Part shown: piece by piece, positions 30,967-32,000 of the stretch
Position numbering within the stretch: position 1 is the stretch's first letter
Layout: every line of letters begins with the position of its first letter
NCBI RefSeq assembly: GCF_000179635.2
Contig: NC_014833.1
Span: forward strand, 960,001-992,000
Source: Ruminococcus albus 7 = DSM 20455
Lineage (GTDB): Bacteria; Bacillota; Clostridia; Oscillospirales; Ruminococcaceae
Length of the DNA stretch: 32,000 nucleotides
Direction: 5' to 3'
Position numbers and translations under genes: made by a program
Notes under the pieces: model-generated
The model's input: the letters and a program-made list of their open reading frames with translations, nothing else
The model's database searches: none
What the model was told of the DNA's origin: nothing

Positions 30967-32000
30967 ATGAAACATTTATATGAACAAGAGGTACTGCTTT
31001 CTGATCCCGGCCTTCAGGATGAGATCAGTTTCTGGGAAGAGCAGTTTAAAGGTGAATGGGAACTGTCGGAGATAAGGGCAGAAGCAAACGAAAACGAAAT
31101 GGGTTTCCGTGAGATCCGTTTTGAACTTGAAGCGAAAGCTGCTCAGCGTCTTCACGAGATATGCAGAGGATCGGCACAGGCAGAATATATTGTTTTTCTG
31201 AGTATTGTATCTGTGCTGGTTTCACGCTATACAGCGCTCCCGGATGCGGCATTCAGTGTCCCTCTGATGACACATGATCCAGATCAGATAAACGATTATC
31301 TGCTGCTGCATACGGAGATCGATCCCACGGATACGCTTAAATCACTGCTTAAACGCGTCACAGCCAATATTAAAGAGCTGTACGCACATCAGAATGCACC
31401 ACTGCTGGCACTTCTGAAAAGAAACGGACGCATCAGCAGCAGCGAATATGTTATGAAGATCTGTGTGTGCAGTGAATTGCTGCAGGATAAAGGGATCTTT
31501 GAAAAACATGGATGCGGGGTAGGTTTTTCGATACTGACGAAGGATCATAATACGACAGCGGGTATCACTTATCGCAAGGATTTGTATCCTCAGTCCATGA
31601 TGGATACAATGGCAGATGTTTTGCAGGATCTTTGCTGTGAGATGATCATGCATCCTGATCAGCGTGTGAAGGATCTCCGACTGCTGGGAGATGAAAAAAT
31701 CACAGACAGTATGTTCTGGGGTGAGCAGTTTCAGTATGAACCTGTCGGATTTTTGCAAAAATTCCGTGAACACGTACAGGCACATCCAGAAAAAAATGCT
31801 TTGATAGACGATACCTGCAGCTATACATACGAAAAGTTGGACCGATTTTCAAATCAGATCGCTCATTTTGTTAAAAACTATGCTTCGGGACAAACGGAGG
31901 AGCGCGTTGGTATACTGATAGAAAACTCCGTGCTGCAGGCGGCTGCTGTACTGGGTGTCATGAAATCCGGATGCGTATATGTGCCGATCGATGTCAAGCT
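30967..32000 (+). CDS. NRPS, 5' part only (C-terminal half of a C domain followed by the start of an A domain); continues beyond the window
   Basis: Not in the track because there is no stop in the window. ATG 30967 lies 7 nt after GGAGG (30955-30959) and is open for 344 codons to the edge: MKHLYEQEVLLSDPGLQDEISFWEEQFKGEWELSE…AQAEYIVFLSIVSVLVSRYT…LYAHQNAPLLALL…DLYPQSMMDTMADVLQDL. This matches the C4-C7 half of a C domain, with no HHxxxDG. The A domain then begins: HPEKNALIDDTCSYTYEKLD (A1) and MKSGCVYVPIDVK (A2). Track ORFs 31046..31252(-) and 31342..31785(-) are antisense shadows. Confidence 0.8.
   Translation, partial: MKHLYEQEVLLSDPGLQDEISFWEEQFKGEWELSEIRAEANENEMGFREIRFELEAKAAQRLHEICRGSAQAEYIVFLSIVSVLVSRYTALPDAAFSVPLMTHDPDQINDYLLLHTEIDPTDTLKSLLKRVTANIKELYAHQNAPLLALLKRNGRISSSEYVMKICVCSELLQDKGIFEKHGCGVGFSILTKDHNTTAGITYRKDLYPQSMMDTMADVLQDLCCEMIMHPDQRVKDLRLLGDEKITDSMFWGEQFQYEPVGFLQKFREHVQAHPEKNALIDDTCSYTYEKLDRFSNQIAHFVKNYASGQTEERVGILIENSVLQAAAVLGVMKSGCVYVPIDVK

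Noticed and set aside
30937-30969. In-frame stop between the KS-T-C gene and the next NRPS gene as evidence of a pseudogene or broken gene
   Set aside because: A strong GGAGG SD sits 7 nt before ATG 30967, and the upstream C domain is already complete, so two separate proteins is the parsimonious reading. It is retained only as a junction worth verifying.
1-32000. Search for tRNA/rRNA genes, CRISPR repeat-spacer arrays, IS elements or transposases, integrases, and phage or defence genes
   Set aside because: By eye I saw no cloverleaf-like or rRNA-like segments, no regularly spaced direct repeats, no transposase or recombinase-like ORFs, and no terminal inverted repeats. Non-coding space is limited to 842-1087, 2816-2998, 4514-5137 and 18268-18361. 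GC-content or skew shifts at the cluster boundary could not be computed here.

Overview
The window looks like chromosomal DNA from a Firmicutes/Clostridia anaerobe, probably a cellulosome-bearing Ruminococcus-type organism; that taxon is inferred only from a type I dockerin. The left ~4.8 kb is ordinary. It holds a 3'-truncated XRE-family regulator on the minus strand (missed by the ORF track because it has no stop in the window), a secreted CBM-GH26-dockerin glycoside hydrolase, and a convergent lipoprotein with an acidic linker and WG-like beta repeats. From a consensus sigma-A-type promoter at 4843-4871 to the right edge (>27 kb) every gene is on the plus strand, and most overlap or are separated by short gaps. 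This region is a hybrid NRPS / AT-less PKS biosynthetic gene cluster. In order it encodes: a type II thioesterase; a three-gene ABC-2 exporter; a DhbE/EntE-family aryl-acid adenylating enzyme; a 2548-aa NRPS (ArCP-Cy-A[Cys]-T-Cy-A[Cys, with MT-like insert]-T); a three-gene ECF-type transporter (MptD-like S, EcfT, fused EcfA-A'); a second thioesterase whose nucleophile codon is Cys; KS-cMT-ACP; a free-standing C-T; KS-(vestigial AT)-T-C; and the start of another NRPS (half C domain + A domain) that runs off the window. The front-end logic resembles yersiniabactin/pyochelin (aryl-capped bis-thiazoline). The back end, the embedded ECF importer, several degenerate or substituted catalytic motifs, and a ~260-nt structured leader do not match any pathway I can name. 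I saw no rRNA, tRNA, CRISPR array, transposase/integrase or long repeats by eye. All motif calls come from manual reading; no HMM, BLAST or folding program was run, and domain boundaries are approximate.
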